A stretch of 64,000 nucleotides of DNA from Eledone cirrhosa (Eukaryota). Below are positions 1 to 13,620 of this stretch, one piece after another; position 1 is the stretch's first letter, and the number at the start of each line of letters is the position of its first letter. The DNA lies in assembly GCA_964016885.1 (NCBI GenBank), contig OZ024741.1:211854001-211918000 (forward strand), in the 5' to 3' direction. Made by a program: the position numbers and the translations under genes. The notes beneath the pieces are model-generated. The model searched no databases. It saw only the letters and a program-made list of their open reading frames with translations, and was not told the origin of the DNA.

Positions 1-3000
1 ATGTTGTTATTGTTGTTGATGTTGTCATTGTTGTTGATGTTGTCATTGTTGTTGATGTTGTTATTGTTGTTGATGTTGTCATTGTTGTTGATGTTGTTAT
101 TGTTGTTGATGTTGTTATTGTTGTTGATGTTGTCATTGTTGTTGATGTTGTTATTGTTGTTGATGTTGTTATTGTTGTTGATGTTGTCATTGTTGTTGAT
201 GTTGTTATCGTTGTTGATGTTGTTATTGTTGATGTTGTTATTGTTGTTGATGTTGTTATTGTTGTTGATGTTGTCATTGTTGTTGATGTTGTCATTGTTG
301 TTGATGTTTTCATTGTTGTTGATGTTGTTATTGTTGTTGATGTTGTTATTGTTGTTGATGTTGTCATTGTTGTTGGTGTTTTCATTGTTGTCGATGTTGT
401 TATTGTTGTTGATGTTGTTATTGTTGTTGGTGTTGTCATTGTTGTTGATGTTGTTATTGTTGTTGATGTTGTTATTGTTGTTGATGTTGTCATTGTTGTT
501 GATGTTTTTATTTTTGTTGGTGTTCTCATTGTTGTTGATGTTGTTATTGTTGTTGATGTTGTCATTGTTGTTGATGTTGTTATTGTTGTTGATGTTGTTA
601 TTGTTGGTGATGTTGTTATTGTTGATGTTGTTATTGTTGTTGATGTTGTCATTGTTGTTGATGTTGTTCTTGTTGTTGATGTTGTCATTGTTGTTGATGT
701 TGTCATTGTTGTTGATGTTGTTATTGTTGTTGATGTTGTCATTGTTATTGATGTTGTTATTGTTGTTGATGTTGTTATTGTTGATGTTGTTATTGTTGTT
801 GATGTTATCATTGTTGTTGATGTTGATATCGTTGTTGATGTTGTTATTGTTGATGTTGTTATTGTTGTTGATGTTGTTATTGTTGTTGATGTTGTTATTG
901 TTGTTGATGTTGTCATTGTTGTTGATGTTGTCATTGTTGTTGATGTTGTCATTGTTGTTGATGTTGTTATTGTTGTTGATGTTGTCATTGTTGTTGATGT
1001 TGTCATTGTTGTTGATGTTTTCATTGTTGTTGATGTTGTTATTGTTGTTGATGTTGTTATTGTTGTTGATGTTGTTATTGTTGTTGATGTTGTCATTGTT
1101 GTTGATGTTGTTATTGTTGTTGATGTTGATATTGTTGTTGATGTTGTTATTGTTGTTGTCATTGTTGTTGATGTTGTCATTGTTGTTGGTGTTGTCATTG
1201 TTGTTGGTGTTGTCATTGTTGTTGATGTTGTTATTGTTGTTGATGTTGTCATTGTTGTTGATGTTGTTATTGTTGTTGATGTTGATATTGTTGTTGGTGT
1301 TGTCATTGTTGTTGATGTTGTTATTGTTGTTGATGTTGTTATTGTTGTTGATGTTGTTATTGTTGTTGATGTTGTCATTGTTGTTGATGTTGTTATTGTT
1401 GTTGATGTTGTTATTGTTGTTGATGTTGTTATTGTTGATGTTGTTTTTGCTGTTGATGTTGTCATTGTTGTTGATGTTGTTATTGTCGTTGATGTTGTCA
1501 TTGTTGTTGATGTTGTCATTGTTGTTGATGTTGTTATTGTTGTTGATGTTGTTATTGTTGTTGATGTTGTCATTGTTTTTGATGTTGTCATTGTTGTTGA
1601 TGTTGTCATTATTGTTGATGTTGTTATTGTTGTTGATGTTGTTATTGTTGTTGATGTTGTCATTGTTGTTGATGTTTTCATTCTTGTTGATGTTGTTATT
1701 ATTGTTGATGTTGTTATTGTTGTTGGTGTTGTCATTGTTGTTGATGTTGTTATTGTTGTTGATGTTGTTATTGTTGTTGATGTTGTTATTGTTGTTGATG
1801 TTGTCATTGTTGTTGATGTTGTTATTGTTGTTGATGTTGTTATTGTTGTTGATGTTGTTATTGTTGTTGATGTTGTCATTGTTGTTGATGTTGTTATTGT
1901 TGTTGATGTTGTCATTGTTGTTGATGTTGTTGGTGTTGTCATTGTTGTTGATGTTGTTATTGTTGTTGATGTTGTTATTGTTGTTGATGTTGTCATTGTT
2001 GTTGATGTTGTTATTGTTGTTGATGTTGTTATTGTTGTTCATGTTGTTATTGTTGTTGATGTTGTTATTGTTGTTGATGTTGTCATTGTTGTTGATGTTG
2101 TCATTGTTGTTCATGTTGTCATTATTGTTGATGTTGTTATTGTTGTTGATGTTGTTATTGTTGTTGATGTTGTCATTGTTGTTGATGTTTTCATTGTTGT
2201 TGATGTTGTTATTGTTGTTGATGTTGTTATTGTTGTTGGTGTTGTCATTGTTGTTGATGTTGTTATTGTTGTTGATGTTGTTATTGTTGTTGATGTTGTT
2301 ATTGTTGTTGATGTTGTTATTGTTGTTGATGTTGTCATTGTTGTTGATGTTGTTATTGTTGTTGATGTTGTCATTCTTGTTGATGTTGTCATTGTTGTTG
2401 GTGTTGTCATTGTTGTTGATGTTGTTATTGTTTATGATATTGTTATTGTTGTTGATGTTGTCATTGTTGTTGATGTTGTTATTGTTGTTGATGTTGTTAT
2501 TGTTGTTGATGTTGTCATTGTTGTTGATGTTGTCATTGTTGTTGATGTTGTTATTGTTGTTGATGTTGTCATTGTTGTTGATGTTGTTATTGTTGTTGAT
2601 GTTGTTATTGTTGTTGATGTTGTCATTGTTGTTGATGTTGTTATTGTTGTTGATGTTGTCATTGTTGTTGATGTTGTTGGTGTTGTCATTGTTGTTGATG
2701 TTGTTATTGTTGTTGATGTTGTTATTGTTGTTGATGTTGTCATTGTTGTTGATGTTGTTATTGTTGTTGATGTTGTTATTGTTGTCCATGTTGTTATTGT
2801 TGTTGATGTTGTTATTGTTGTTGATGTTGTCATTGTTGTTGATGTTGTCATTGTTGTTGATGTTGTCATTATTGTTGATGTTGTTATTGTTGTTGATGTT
2901 GTTATTGTTGTTGATGTTGTCATTGTTGTTGATGTTTTCATTGTTGTTGATGTTGTTATTGTTGTTGATGTTGTTATTGTTGTTGGTGTTGTCATTGTTG

Positions 3001-5259
3001 TTGATGTTGTTATTGTTGTTGATGCTGTTATTGTTGTTGATGTTGTTATTGTTGTTGATGTTGTTATTGTTGTTGATGTTGTTATTGTTGTTGATGTTGT
3101 CATTGTTGTTGATGTTGTTATTGTTGTTGATGTTGTCATTCTTGTTGATGTTGTCATTGTTGTTGGTGTTGTCATTGTTGTTAATGTTGTTATTGTTTAT
3201 GATATTGTTATTGTTGTTGATGTTGTCATTGTTGTTGATGTTGTTATTGTTGTTGATGTTGTTATTGTTGTTGATGTTGACATTGTTGTTGATGTTGTCA
3301 TTGTTGTTGATGTTGTTATTGTTGTTGATGTTGTCATTGTTGTTGATGTTGTTATTGTTGTTGATGTTGTTATTGTTGTTGATGTTGTCATTGTTGTTGA
3401 TGTTGTTATTATTGTTGATGTTGTTATTGTTGTTGATGTTGTTATTGTTGTTGATGTTGTTATTGTTGTTGATGTTGTTATTGTGGTTGATGTTGTTATT
3501 GTTGATGTTGTTATTGTTGTTGATGTTGTCATTGTTGTTGATGTTGTTATCGTTGTTGATGTTGTTATTGTTGATGTTGTTATTGTTGTTGATGTTGTTA
3601 TTGTTGTTGATGTTGTCATTGTTGTTGATGTTGTCATTGTTGTTGATGTTTTCATTGTTGTTGATGTTGTTATTGTTGTTGATGTTGTTATTGTTGTTGA
3701 TGTTGTCATTGTTGTCGGTGTTTTCATTGTTGTCGATGTTGTTATTGTTGTTGATGTTGTTATTGTTGTTGGTGTTGTCATTGTTGTTGATGTTGTTATT
3801 GTTGTTGATGTTGTCATTGTTGTTGATGTTGTTATTGTTGTTGATGTTGTTATTGTTGTTGATGTTGTTATTGTTGTTGATGTTGTCATTGTTGTTGATG
3901 TTGTTATTGTTGTTGATGTTGTCATTGTTGTTGATGTTGTTGGTGTTGTCATTGTTGTTGATGTTGTTATTGTTGTTGATGTTGTTATTGTTGTTGATGT
4001 TGTCATTGTTGTTGATGTTGTTATTGTTGTTGATGTTGTTATTGTTGTTCATGTTGTTATTGTTGTTGATGTTGTTATTGTTGTTGATGTTGTCATTGTT
4101 GTTGATGTTGTCATTGTTGTTCATGTTGTCATTATTGTTGATGTTGTTATTGTTGTTGATGTTGTCATTCTTGTTGATGTTGTCATTGTTGTTGGTGTTG
4201 TCATTGTTGTTGATGTTGTTATTGTTTATGATATTGTTATTGTTGTTGATGTTGTCATTGTTGTTGATGTTGTTATTGTTGTTGATGTTGTTATTGTTGT
4301 TGATGTTGTCATTGTTGTTGATGTTGTCATTGTTGTTGATGTTGTTATTGTTGTTGATGTTGTCATTGTTGTTGATGTTGTTATTGTTGTTGATGTTGTT
4401 ATTGTTGTTGATGTTGTCATTGTTGTTGATGTTGTTATTGTTGTTGATGTTGTCATTGTTGTTGATGTTGTTGGTGTTGTCATTGTTGTTGATGTTGTTA
4501 TTGTTGTTGATGTTGTTATTGTTGTTGATGTTGTCATTGTTGTTGATGTTGTTATTGTTGTTGATGTTGTTATTGTTGTTCATGTTGTTATTGTTGTTGA
4601 TGTTGTTATTGTTGTTGATGTTGTCATTGTTGTTGATGTTGTCATTGTTGTTCATGTTGTCATTATTGTTGATGTTGTTATTGTTGTTGATGTTGTTATT
4701 GTTGTTGATGTTGTCATTGTTGTTGATGTTTTCATTGTTGTTGATGTTGTTATTGTTGTTGATGTTGTTATTGTTGTTGGTGTTGTCATTGTTGTTGATG
4801 TTGTTATTGTTGTTGATGTTGTTATTGTTGTTGATGTTGTTATTGTTGTTGATGTTGTTATTGTTGTTGATGTTGTTATTGTTGTTGATGTTGTCATTGT
4901 TGTTGATGTTGTTATTGTTGTTGATGTTGTCATTCTTGTTGATGTTGTCATTGTTGTTGGTGTTGTCATTATTGTTGATGTTGTTATTGTTTATGATATT
5001 GTTATTGTTGTTGATGTTGTCATTGTTGTTGATGTTGTTATTGTTGTTGATGTTGTTATTGTTGTTGATGTTGACATTGTTGTTGATGTTGTCATTGTTG
5101 TTGATGTTGTTATTGTTGTTGATGTTGTCATTGTTGTTGATGTTGTTATTGTTGTTGATGTTGTTATTGTTGTTGATGTTGTCATTGTTGTTGATGTTTT
5201 TATTATTGTTGATGTTGTTATTGTTGTTGATGTTGTTATTGTTGTTGATGTTGTTATTG

Positions 5260-8200
5260 TTGTTGATGTTGTTATTGTGGTTGATGTTGTTATTGTTGAT
5301 GTTGTTATTGTTGTTGATGTTGTCATTGTTGTTGATGTTGTTATCGTTGTTGATGTTGTTATTGTTGATGTTGTTATTGTTGTTGATGTTGTTATTGTTG
5401 TTGATGTTGTCATTGTTGTTGATGTTGTCATTGTTGTTGATGTTTTCATTGTTGTTGATGTTGTTATTGTTGTTGATGTTGTTATTGTTGTTGATGTTGT
5501 CATTGTTGTTGGTGTTTTCATTGTTGTCGATGTTGTTATTGTTGTTGATGTTGTTATTGTTGTTGGTGTTGTCATTGTTGTTGATGTTGTTATTGTTGTT
5601 GATGTTGTTATTGTTGTTGATGTTGTCATTGTTGTTGATGTTTTTATTTTTGTTGGTGTTCTCATTGTTGTTGATGTTGTTATTGTTGTTGATGTTGTCA
5701 TTGTTGTTGATGTTGTTATTGTTGTTGATGTTGTTATTGTTGGTGATGTTGTTATTGTTGATGTTGTTATTGTTGTTGATGTTGTCATTGTTGTTGATGT
5801 TGTTCTTGTTGTTGATGTTGTCATTGTTGTTGATGTTGTCATTGTTGTTGATGTTGTTATTGTTGTTGATGTTGTCATTGTTATTGATGTTGTTATTGTT
5901 GTTGATGTTGTTATTGTTGATGTTGTTATTGTTGTTGATGTTATCATTGTTGTTAATGTTGATATCGTTGTTGATGTTGTTATTGTTGATGTTGTTATTG
6001 TTGTTGATGTTGTTATTGTTGTTGATGTTGTTATTGTTGTTGATGTTGTCATTGTTGTTGATGTTGTCATTGTTGTTGATGTTGTCATTGTTGTTGATGT
6101 TGTTATTGTTGTTGATGTTGTCATTGTTGTTGATGTTGTCATTGTTGTTGATGTTTTCATTGTTGTTGATGTTGTTATTGTTGTTGATGTTGTCATTGTT
6201 GTTGATGTTGTTATTGTTGTTGATGTTGATATTGTTGTTGATGTTGTTATTGTTGTTGTCATTGTTGTTGATGTTGTCATTGTTGTTGGTGTTGTCATTG
6301 TTGTTGGTGTTGTCATTGTTGTTGATGTTGTTATTGTTGTTGATGTTGTCATTGTTGTTGATGTTGTTATTGTTGTTGATGTTGATATTGTTGTTGGTGT
6401 TGTCATTGTTGTTGATGTTGTTATTGTTGTTGATGTTGTTATTGTTGTTGATGTTGTTATTGTTGTTGATGTTGTCATTGTTGTTGATGTTGTTATTGTT
6501 GTTGATGTTGTTATTGTTGTTGATGTTGTTATTGTTGATGTTGTTTTTGCTGTTGATGTTGTCATTGTTGTTGATGTTGTTATTGTCGTTGATGTTGTCA
6601 TTGTTGTTGATGTTGTCATTGTTGTTGATGTTGTTATTGTTGTTGATGTTGTTATTGTTGTTGATGTTGTCATTGTTGTTGATGTTGTCATTGTTGTTGA
6701 TGTTGTCATTATTGTTGATGTTGTTATTGTTGTTGATGTTGTTATTGTTGTTGATGTTGTCATTGTTGTTGATGTTTTCATTCTTGTTGATGTTGTTATT
6801 GTTGTTGATGTTGTTATTGTTGTTGGTGTTGTCATTGTTGTTGATGTTGTTATTGTTGTTGATGTTGTTATTGTTGTTGATGTTGTTATTGTTGTTGATG
6901 TTGTCATTGTTGTTGATGTTGTTATTGTTGTTGATGTTGTTATTGTTGTTGATGTTGTTATTGTTGTTGATGTTGTCATTGTTGTTGATGTTGTTATTGT
7001 TGTTGATGTTGTCATTGTTGTTGATGTTGTTGGTGTTGTCATTGTTGTTGATGTTGTTATTGTTGTTGATGTTGTTATTGTTGTTGATGTTGTCATTGTT
7101 GTTGATGTTGTTATTGTTGTTGATGTTGTTATTGTTGTTCATGTTGTTATTGTTGTTGATGTTGTTATTGTTGTTGATGTTGTCATTGTTGTTGATGTTG
7201 TCATTGTTGTTCATGTTGTCATTATTGTTGATGTTGTTATTGTTGTTGATGTTGTTATTGTTGTTGATGTTGTCATTGTTGTTGATGTTTTCATTGTTGT
7301 TGATGTTGTTATTGTTGTTGATGTTGTTATTGTTGTTGGTGTTGTCATTGTTGTTGATGTTGTTATTGTTGTTGATGTTGTTATTGTTGTTGATGTTGTT
7401 ATTGTTGTTGATATTGTTATTGTTGTTGATGTTGTCATTGTTGTTGATGTTGTTATTGTTGTTGATGTTGTCATTCTTGTTGATGTTCTCATTGTTGTTG
7501 GTGTTGTCATTGTTGTTGATGTTGTTATTGTTTATGATATTGTTATTGTTGTTGATGTTGTCATTGTTGTTGATGTTGTTATTGTTGTTGATGTTGTTAT
7601 TGTTGTTGATGTTGTCATTGTTGTTGATGTTGTCATTGTTGTTGATGTTGTTATTGTTGTTGATGTTGTCATTGTTGTTGATGTTGTTATTGTTGTTGAT
7701 GTTGTTATTGTTGTTGATGTTGTCATTGTTGTTGATGTTGTTATTATTGTTGATGTTGTTATTGTTGTTGATGTTGTTATTGTTGTTGATGTTGTTATTG
7801 TTGTTGATGTTGTTATTGTGGTTGATGTTGTTATTGTTGATGTTGTTATTGTTGTTGATGTTGTCATTGTTGTTGATGTTGTTATCGTTGTTGATGTTGT
7901 TATTGTTGATGTTGTTATTGTTGTTGATGTTGTTATTGTTGTTGATGTTGTCATTGTTGTTGATGTTGTCATTGTTGTTGATGTTTTCATTGTTGTTGAT
8001 GTTGTTATTGTTGTTGATGTTGTTATTGTTGTTGATGTTGTCATTGTTGTTGGTGTTTTCATTGTTGTCGATGTTGTTATTGTTGTTGATGTTGTTATTG
8101 TTGTTGGTGTTGTCATTGCTGTTGATGTTGTTATTGTTGTTGATGTTGTTATTGTTGTTGATGTTGTCATTGTTGTTGATGTTTTTATTTTTGTTGGTGT

Positions 8201-11200
8201 TCTCATTGTTGTTGATGTTGTTATTGTTGTTGATGTTGTCATTGTTGTTGATGTTGTTATTGTTGTTGATGTTGTTATTGTTGGTGATGTTGTTATTGTT
8301 GATGTTGTTATTGTTGTTGATGTTGTCATTGTTGTTGATGTTGTTCTTGTTGTTGATGTTGTCATTGTTGTTGATGTTGTCATTGTTGTTGATGTTGTTA
8401 TTGTTGTTGATGTTGTCATTGTTATTGATGTTGTTATTGTTGTTGATGTTGTTATTGTTGATGTTGTTATTGTTGTTGATGTTATCATTGTTGTTGATGT
8501 TGATATCGTTGTTGATGTTGTTATTGTTGATGTTGTTATTGTTGTTGATGTTGTTATTGTTGTTGATGTTGTTATTGTTGTTGATGTTGTCATTGTTGTT
8601 GATGTTGTCATTGTTGTTGATGTTGTCATTGTTGTTGATGTTGTTATTGTTGTTGATGTTGTCATTGTTGTTGATGTTGTCATTGTTGTTGATGTTTTCA
8701 TTGTTGTTGATGTTGTTATTGTTGTTGATGTTGTTATTGTTGTTGATGTTGTTATTGTTGTTGATGTTGTCATTGTTGTTGATGTTGTTATTGTTGTTGA
8801 TGTTGATATTGTTGTTGATGTTGTTATTGTTGTTGTCATTGTTGTTGATGTTGTCATTGTTGTTGGTGTTGTCATTGTTGTTGGTGTTGTCATTGTTGTT
8901 GATGTTGTTATTGTTGTTGATGTTGTCATTGTTGTTGATGTTGTTATTGTTGTTGATGTTGATATTGTTGTTGGTGCTGTCATTGTTGTTGATGTTGTTA
9001 TTGTTGTTGATGTTGTTATTGTTGTTGATGTTGTTATTGTTGTTGATGTTGTCATTGTTGTTGATGTTGTTATTGTTGTTGATGTTGTTATTGTTGTTGA
9101 TGTTGTTATTGTTGATGTTGTTTTTGCTGTTGATGTTGTCATTGTTGTTGATGTTGTTATTGTCGTTGATGTTGTCATTGTTGTTGATGTTGTCATTGTT
9201 GTTGATGTTGTTATTGTTGTTGATGTTGTTATTGTTGTTGAGGTTGTCATTGTTGTTGATGTTGTTATTGTTGTTGATGTTGTTATTGTTGTTGATGTTG
9301 TTATTGTGGTTGATGTTGTTATTGTTGATGTTGTTATTGTTGTTGATGTTGTCATTGTTGTTGATGTTGTTATCGTTGTTGATGTTGTTATTGTGGTTGA
9401 TGTTGTTATTGTTGATGTTGTTATTGTTGTTGATGTTGTCATTGTTGTTGATGTTGTTATCGTTGTTGATGTTGTTATTGTTGATGTTGTTATTGTTGTT
9501 GATGTTGTTATTGTTGTTGATGTTGTCATTGTTGTTGATGTTGTCATTGTTGTTGATGTTGTTATTGTTGTTGATGTTGTTATTGTGGTTGATGTTGTTA
9601 TTGTTGATGTTGTTATTGTTGTTGATGTTGTTATTGTTGTTGATGTTGTTATTGTTGTTGATGTTGTTATTGTGGTTGATGTTGTTATTGTTGATGTTGT
9701 TATTGTTGTTGATGTTGTCATTGTTGTTGATGTTGTTATCGTTGTTGATGTTGTTATTGTTGATGTTGTTATTGTTGTTGATGTTGTTATTGTTGTTGAT
9801 GTTGTCATTGTTGTTGATGTTGTCATTGTTGTTGATGTTTTCATTGTTGTTGATGTTGTTATTGTTGTTGATGTTGTTATTGTTGTTGATGTTGTCATTG
9901 TTGTTGGTGTTTTCATTGTTGTCGATGTTGTTATTGTTGTTGATGTTGTTATTGTTGTTGGTGTTGTCATTGTTGTTGATGTTGTTATTGTTGTTGATGT
10001 TGTTATTGTTGTTGATGTTGTCATTGTTGTTGATGTTTTTATTTTTGTTGGTGTTCTCATTGTTGTTGATGTTGTTATTGTTGTTGATGTTGTCATTGCT
10101 GTTGATGTTGTTATTGTTGTTGATGTTGTTATTGTTGGTGATGTTGTTATTGTTGATGTTGTTATTGTTGTTGATGTTGTCATTGTTGTTGATGTTGTTC
10201 TTGTTGTTGATGTTGTCATTGTTGTTGATGTTGTCATTGTTGTTGATGTTGTTATTGTTGTTGATGTTGTCATTGTTATTGATGTTGTTATTGTTGTTGA
10301 TGTTGTTATTGTTGATGTTGTTATTGTTGTTGATGTTATCATTGTTGTTAATGTTGATATCGTTGTTGATGTTGTTATTGTTGATGTTGTTATTGTTGTT
10401 GATGTTGTTATTGTTGTTGATGTTGTTATTGTTGTTGATGTTGTCATTGTTGTTGATGTTGTCATTGTTGTTGATGTTGTCATTGTTGTTGATGTTGTTA
10501 TTGTTGTTGATGTTGTCATTGTTGTTGATGTTGTCATTGTTGTTGATGTTTTCATTGTTGTTGATGTTGTTATTGTTGTTGATGTTGTCATTGTTGTTGA
10601 TGTTGTTATTGTTGTTGATGTTGATATTGTTGTTGATGTTGTTATTGTTGTTGTCATTGTTGTTGATGTTGTCATTGTTGTTGGTGTTGTCATTGTTGTT
10701 GGTGTTGTCATTGTTGTTGATGTTGTTATTGTTGTTGATGTTGTCATTGTTGTTGATGTTGTTATTGTTGTTGATGTTGATATTGTTGTTGGCGTTGTCA
10801 TTGTTGTTGATGTTGTTATTGTTGTTGATGTTGTTATTGTTGTTGATGTTGTTATTGTTGTTGATGTTGTCATTGTTGTTGATGTTGTTATTGTTGTTGA
10901 TGTTGTTATTGTTGTTGATGTTGTTATTGTTGATGTTGTTTTTGCTGTTGATGTTGTCATTGTTGTTGATGTTGTTATTGTCGTTGATGTTGTCATTGTT
11001 GTTGATGTTGTCATTGTTGTTGATGTTGTTATTGTTGTTGATGTTGTTATTGTTGTTGATGTTGTCATTGTTGTTGATGTTGTCATTGTTGTTGATGTTG
11101 TCATTATTGTTGATGTTGTTATTGTTGTTGATGTTGTTATTGTTGTTGATGTTGTCATTGTTGTTGATGTTTTCATTCTTGTTGATGTTGTTATTGTTGT

Positions 11201-13620
11201 TGATGTTGTTATTGTTGTTGGTGTTGTCATTGTTGTTGATGTTGTTATTGTTGTTGATGTTGTTATTGTTGTTGATGTTGTTATTGTTGTTGATGTTGTC
11301 ATTGTTGTTGATGTTGTTATTGTTGTTGATGTTGTTATTGTTGTTGATGTTGTTATTGTTGTTGATGTTGTCATTGTTGTTGATGTTGTTATTGTTGTTG
11401 ATGTTGTCATTGTTGTTGATGTTGTTGGTGTTGTCATTGTTGTTGATGTTGTTATTGTTGTTGATGTTGTTATTGTTGTTGATGTTGTCATTGTTGTTGA
11501 TGTTGTTATTGTTGTTGATGTTGTTATTGTTGTTCATGTTGTTATTGTTGTTGATGTTGTTATTGTTGTTGATGTTGTCATTGTTGTTGATGTTGTCATT
11601 GTTGTTCATGTTGTCATTATTGTTGATGTTGTTATTGTTGTTGATGTTGTTATTGTTGTTGATGTTGTCATTGTTGTTGATGTTTTCATTGTTGTTGATG
11701 TTGTTATTGTTGTTGATGTTGTTATTGTTGTTGGTGTTGTCATTGTTGTTGATGTTGTTATTGTTGTTGATGTTGTTATTGTTGTTGATGTTGTTATTGT
11801 TGTTGATATTGTTATTGTTGTTGATGTTGTCATTGTTGTTGATGTTGTTATTGTTGTTGATGTTGTCATTCTTGTTGATGTTCTCATTGTTGTTGGTGTT
11901 GTCATTGTTGTTGATGTTGTTATTGTTTATGATATTGTTATTGTTGTTGATGTTGTCATTGTTGTTGATGTTGTTATTGTTGTTGATGTTGTTATTGTTG
12001 TTGATGTTGTCATTGTTGTTGATGTTGTCATTGTTGTTGATGTTGTTATTGTTGTTGATGTTGTCATTGTTGTTGATGTTGTTATTGTTGTTGATGTTGT
12101 TATTGTTGTTGATGTTGTCATTGTTGTTGATGTTGTTATTATTGTTGATGTTGTTATTGTTGTTGATGTTGTTATTGTTGTTGATGTTGTTATTGTTGTT
12201 GATGTTGTTATTGTGGTTGATGTTGTTATTGTTGATGTTGTTATTGTTGTTGATGTTGTCATTGTTGTTGATGTTGTTATCGTTGTTGATGTTGTTATTG
12301 TTGATGTTGTTATTGTTGTTGATGTTGTTATTGTTGTTGATGTTGTCATTGTTGTTGATGTTGTCATTGTTGTTGATGTTTTCATTTATGTTGATGTTGT
12401 TATTGTTGTTGATGTTGTTATTGTTGTTGATGTTGTCATTGTTGTTGGTGTTTTCATTGTTGTCGATGTTGTTATTGTTGTTGATGTTGTTATTGTTGTT
12501 GGTGTTGTCATTGCTGTTGATGTTGTTATTGTTGTTGATGTTGTTATTGTTGTTGATGTTGTCATTGTTGTTGATGTTTTTATTTTTGTTGGTGTTCTCA
12601 TTGTTGTTGATGTTGTTATTGTTGTTGATGTTGTCATTGTTGTTGATGTTGTTATTGTTGTTGATGTTGTTATTGTTGGTGATGTTGTTATTGTTGATGT
12701 TGTTATTGTTGTTGATGTTGTCATTGTTGTTGATGTTGTTCTTGTTGTTGATGTTGTCATTGTTGTTGATGTTGTCATTGTTGTTGATGTTGTTATTGTT
12801 GTTGATGTTGTCATTGTTATTGATGTTGTTATTGTTGTTGATGTTGTTATTGTTGATGTTGTTATTGTTGTTGATGTTATCATTGTTGTTGATGTTGATA
12901 TCGTTGTTGATGTTGTTATTGTTGATGTTGTTATTGTTGTTGATGTTGTTATTGTTGTTGATGTTGTTATTGTTGTTGATGTTGTCATTGTTGTTGATGT
13001 TGTCATTGTTGTTGATGTTGTCATTGTTGTTGATGTTGTTATTGTTGTTGATGTTGTCATTGTTGTTGATGTTGTCATTGTTGTTGATGTTTTCATTGTT
13101 GTTGATGTTGTTATTGTTGTTGATGTTGTTATTGTTGTTGATGTTGTTATTGTTGTTGATGTTGTCATTGTTGTTGATGTTGTTATTGTTGTTGATGTTG
13201 ATATTGTTGTTGATGTTGTTATTGTTGTTGTCATTGTTGTTGATGTTGTCATTGTTGTTGGTGTTGTCATTGTTGTTGGTGTTGTCATTGTTGTTGATGT
13301 TGTTATTGTTGTTGATGTTGTCATTGTTGTTGATGTTGTTATTGTTGTTGATGTTGATATTGTTGTTGGTGCTGTCATTGTTGTTGATGTTGTTATTGTT
13401 GTTGATGTTGTTATTGTTGTTGATGTTGTTATTGTTGTTGATGTTGTCATTGTTGTTGATGTTGTTATTGTTGTTGATGTTGTTATTGTTGTTGATGTTG
13501 TTATTGTTGATGTTGTTTTTGCTGTTGATGTTGTCATTGTTGTTGATGTTGTTATTGTCGTTGATGTTGTCATTGTTGTTGATGTTGTCATTGTTGTTGA
13601 TGTTGTTATTGTTGTTGATG
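5260..13620. repeat. Higher-order direct duplication, offset 4395 bp (about 5260-9230 and 9660-13620)
   Basis: Rare markers recur at +4395: GTG 5277/9672, GATGTTTTTATTTTT 5637/10032 and 8178/12573, AAT 5955/10350; ORF ends 7211/11606 and 7532/11927. Boundaries approximate. Confidence 0.85.
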
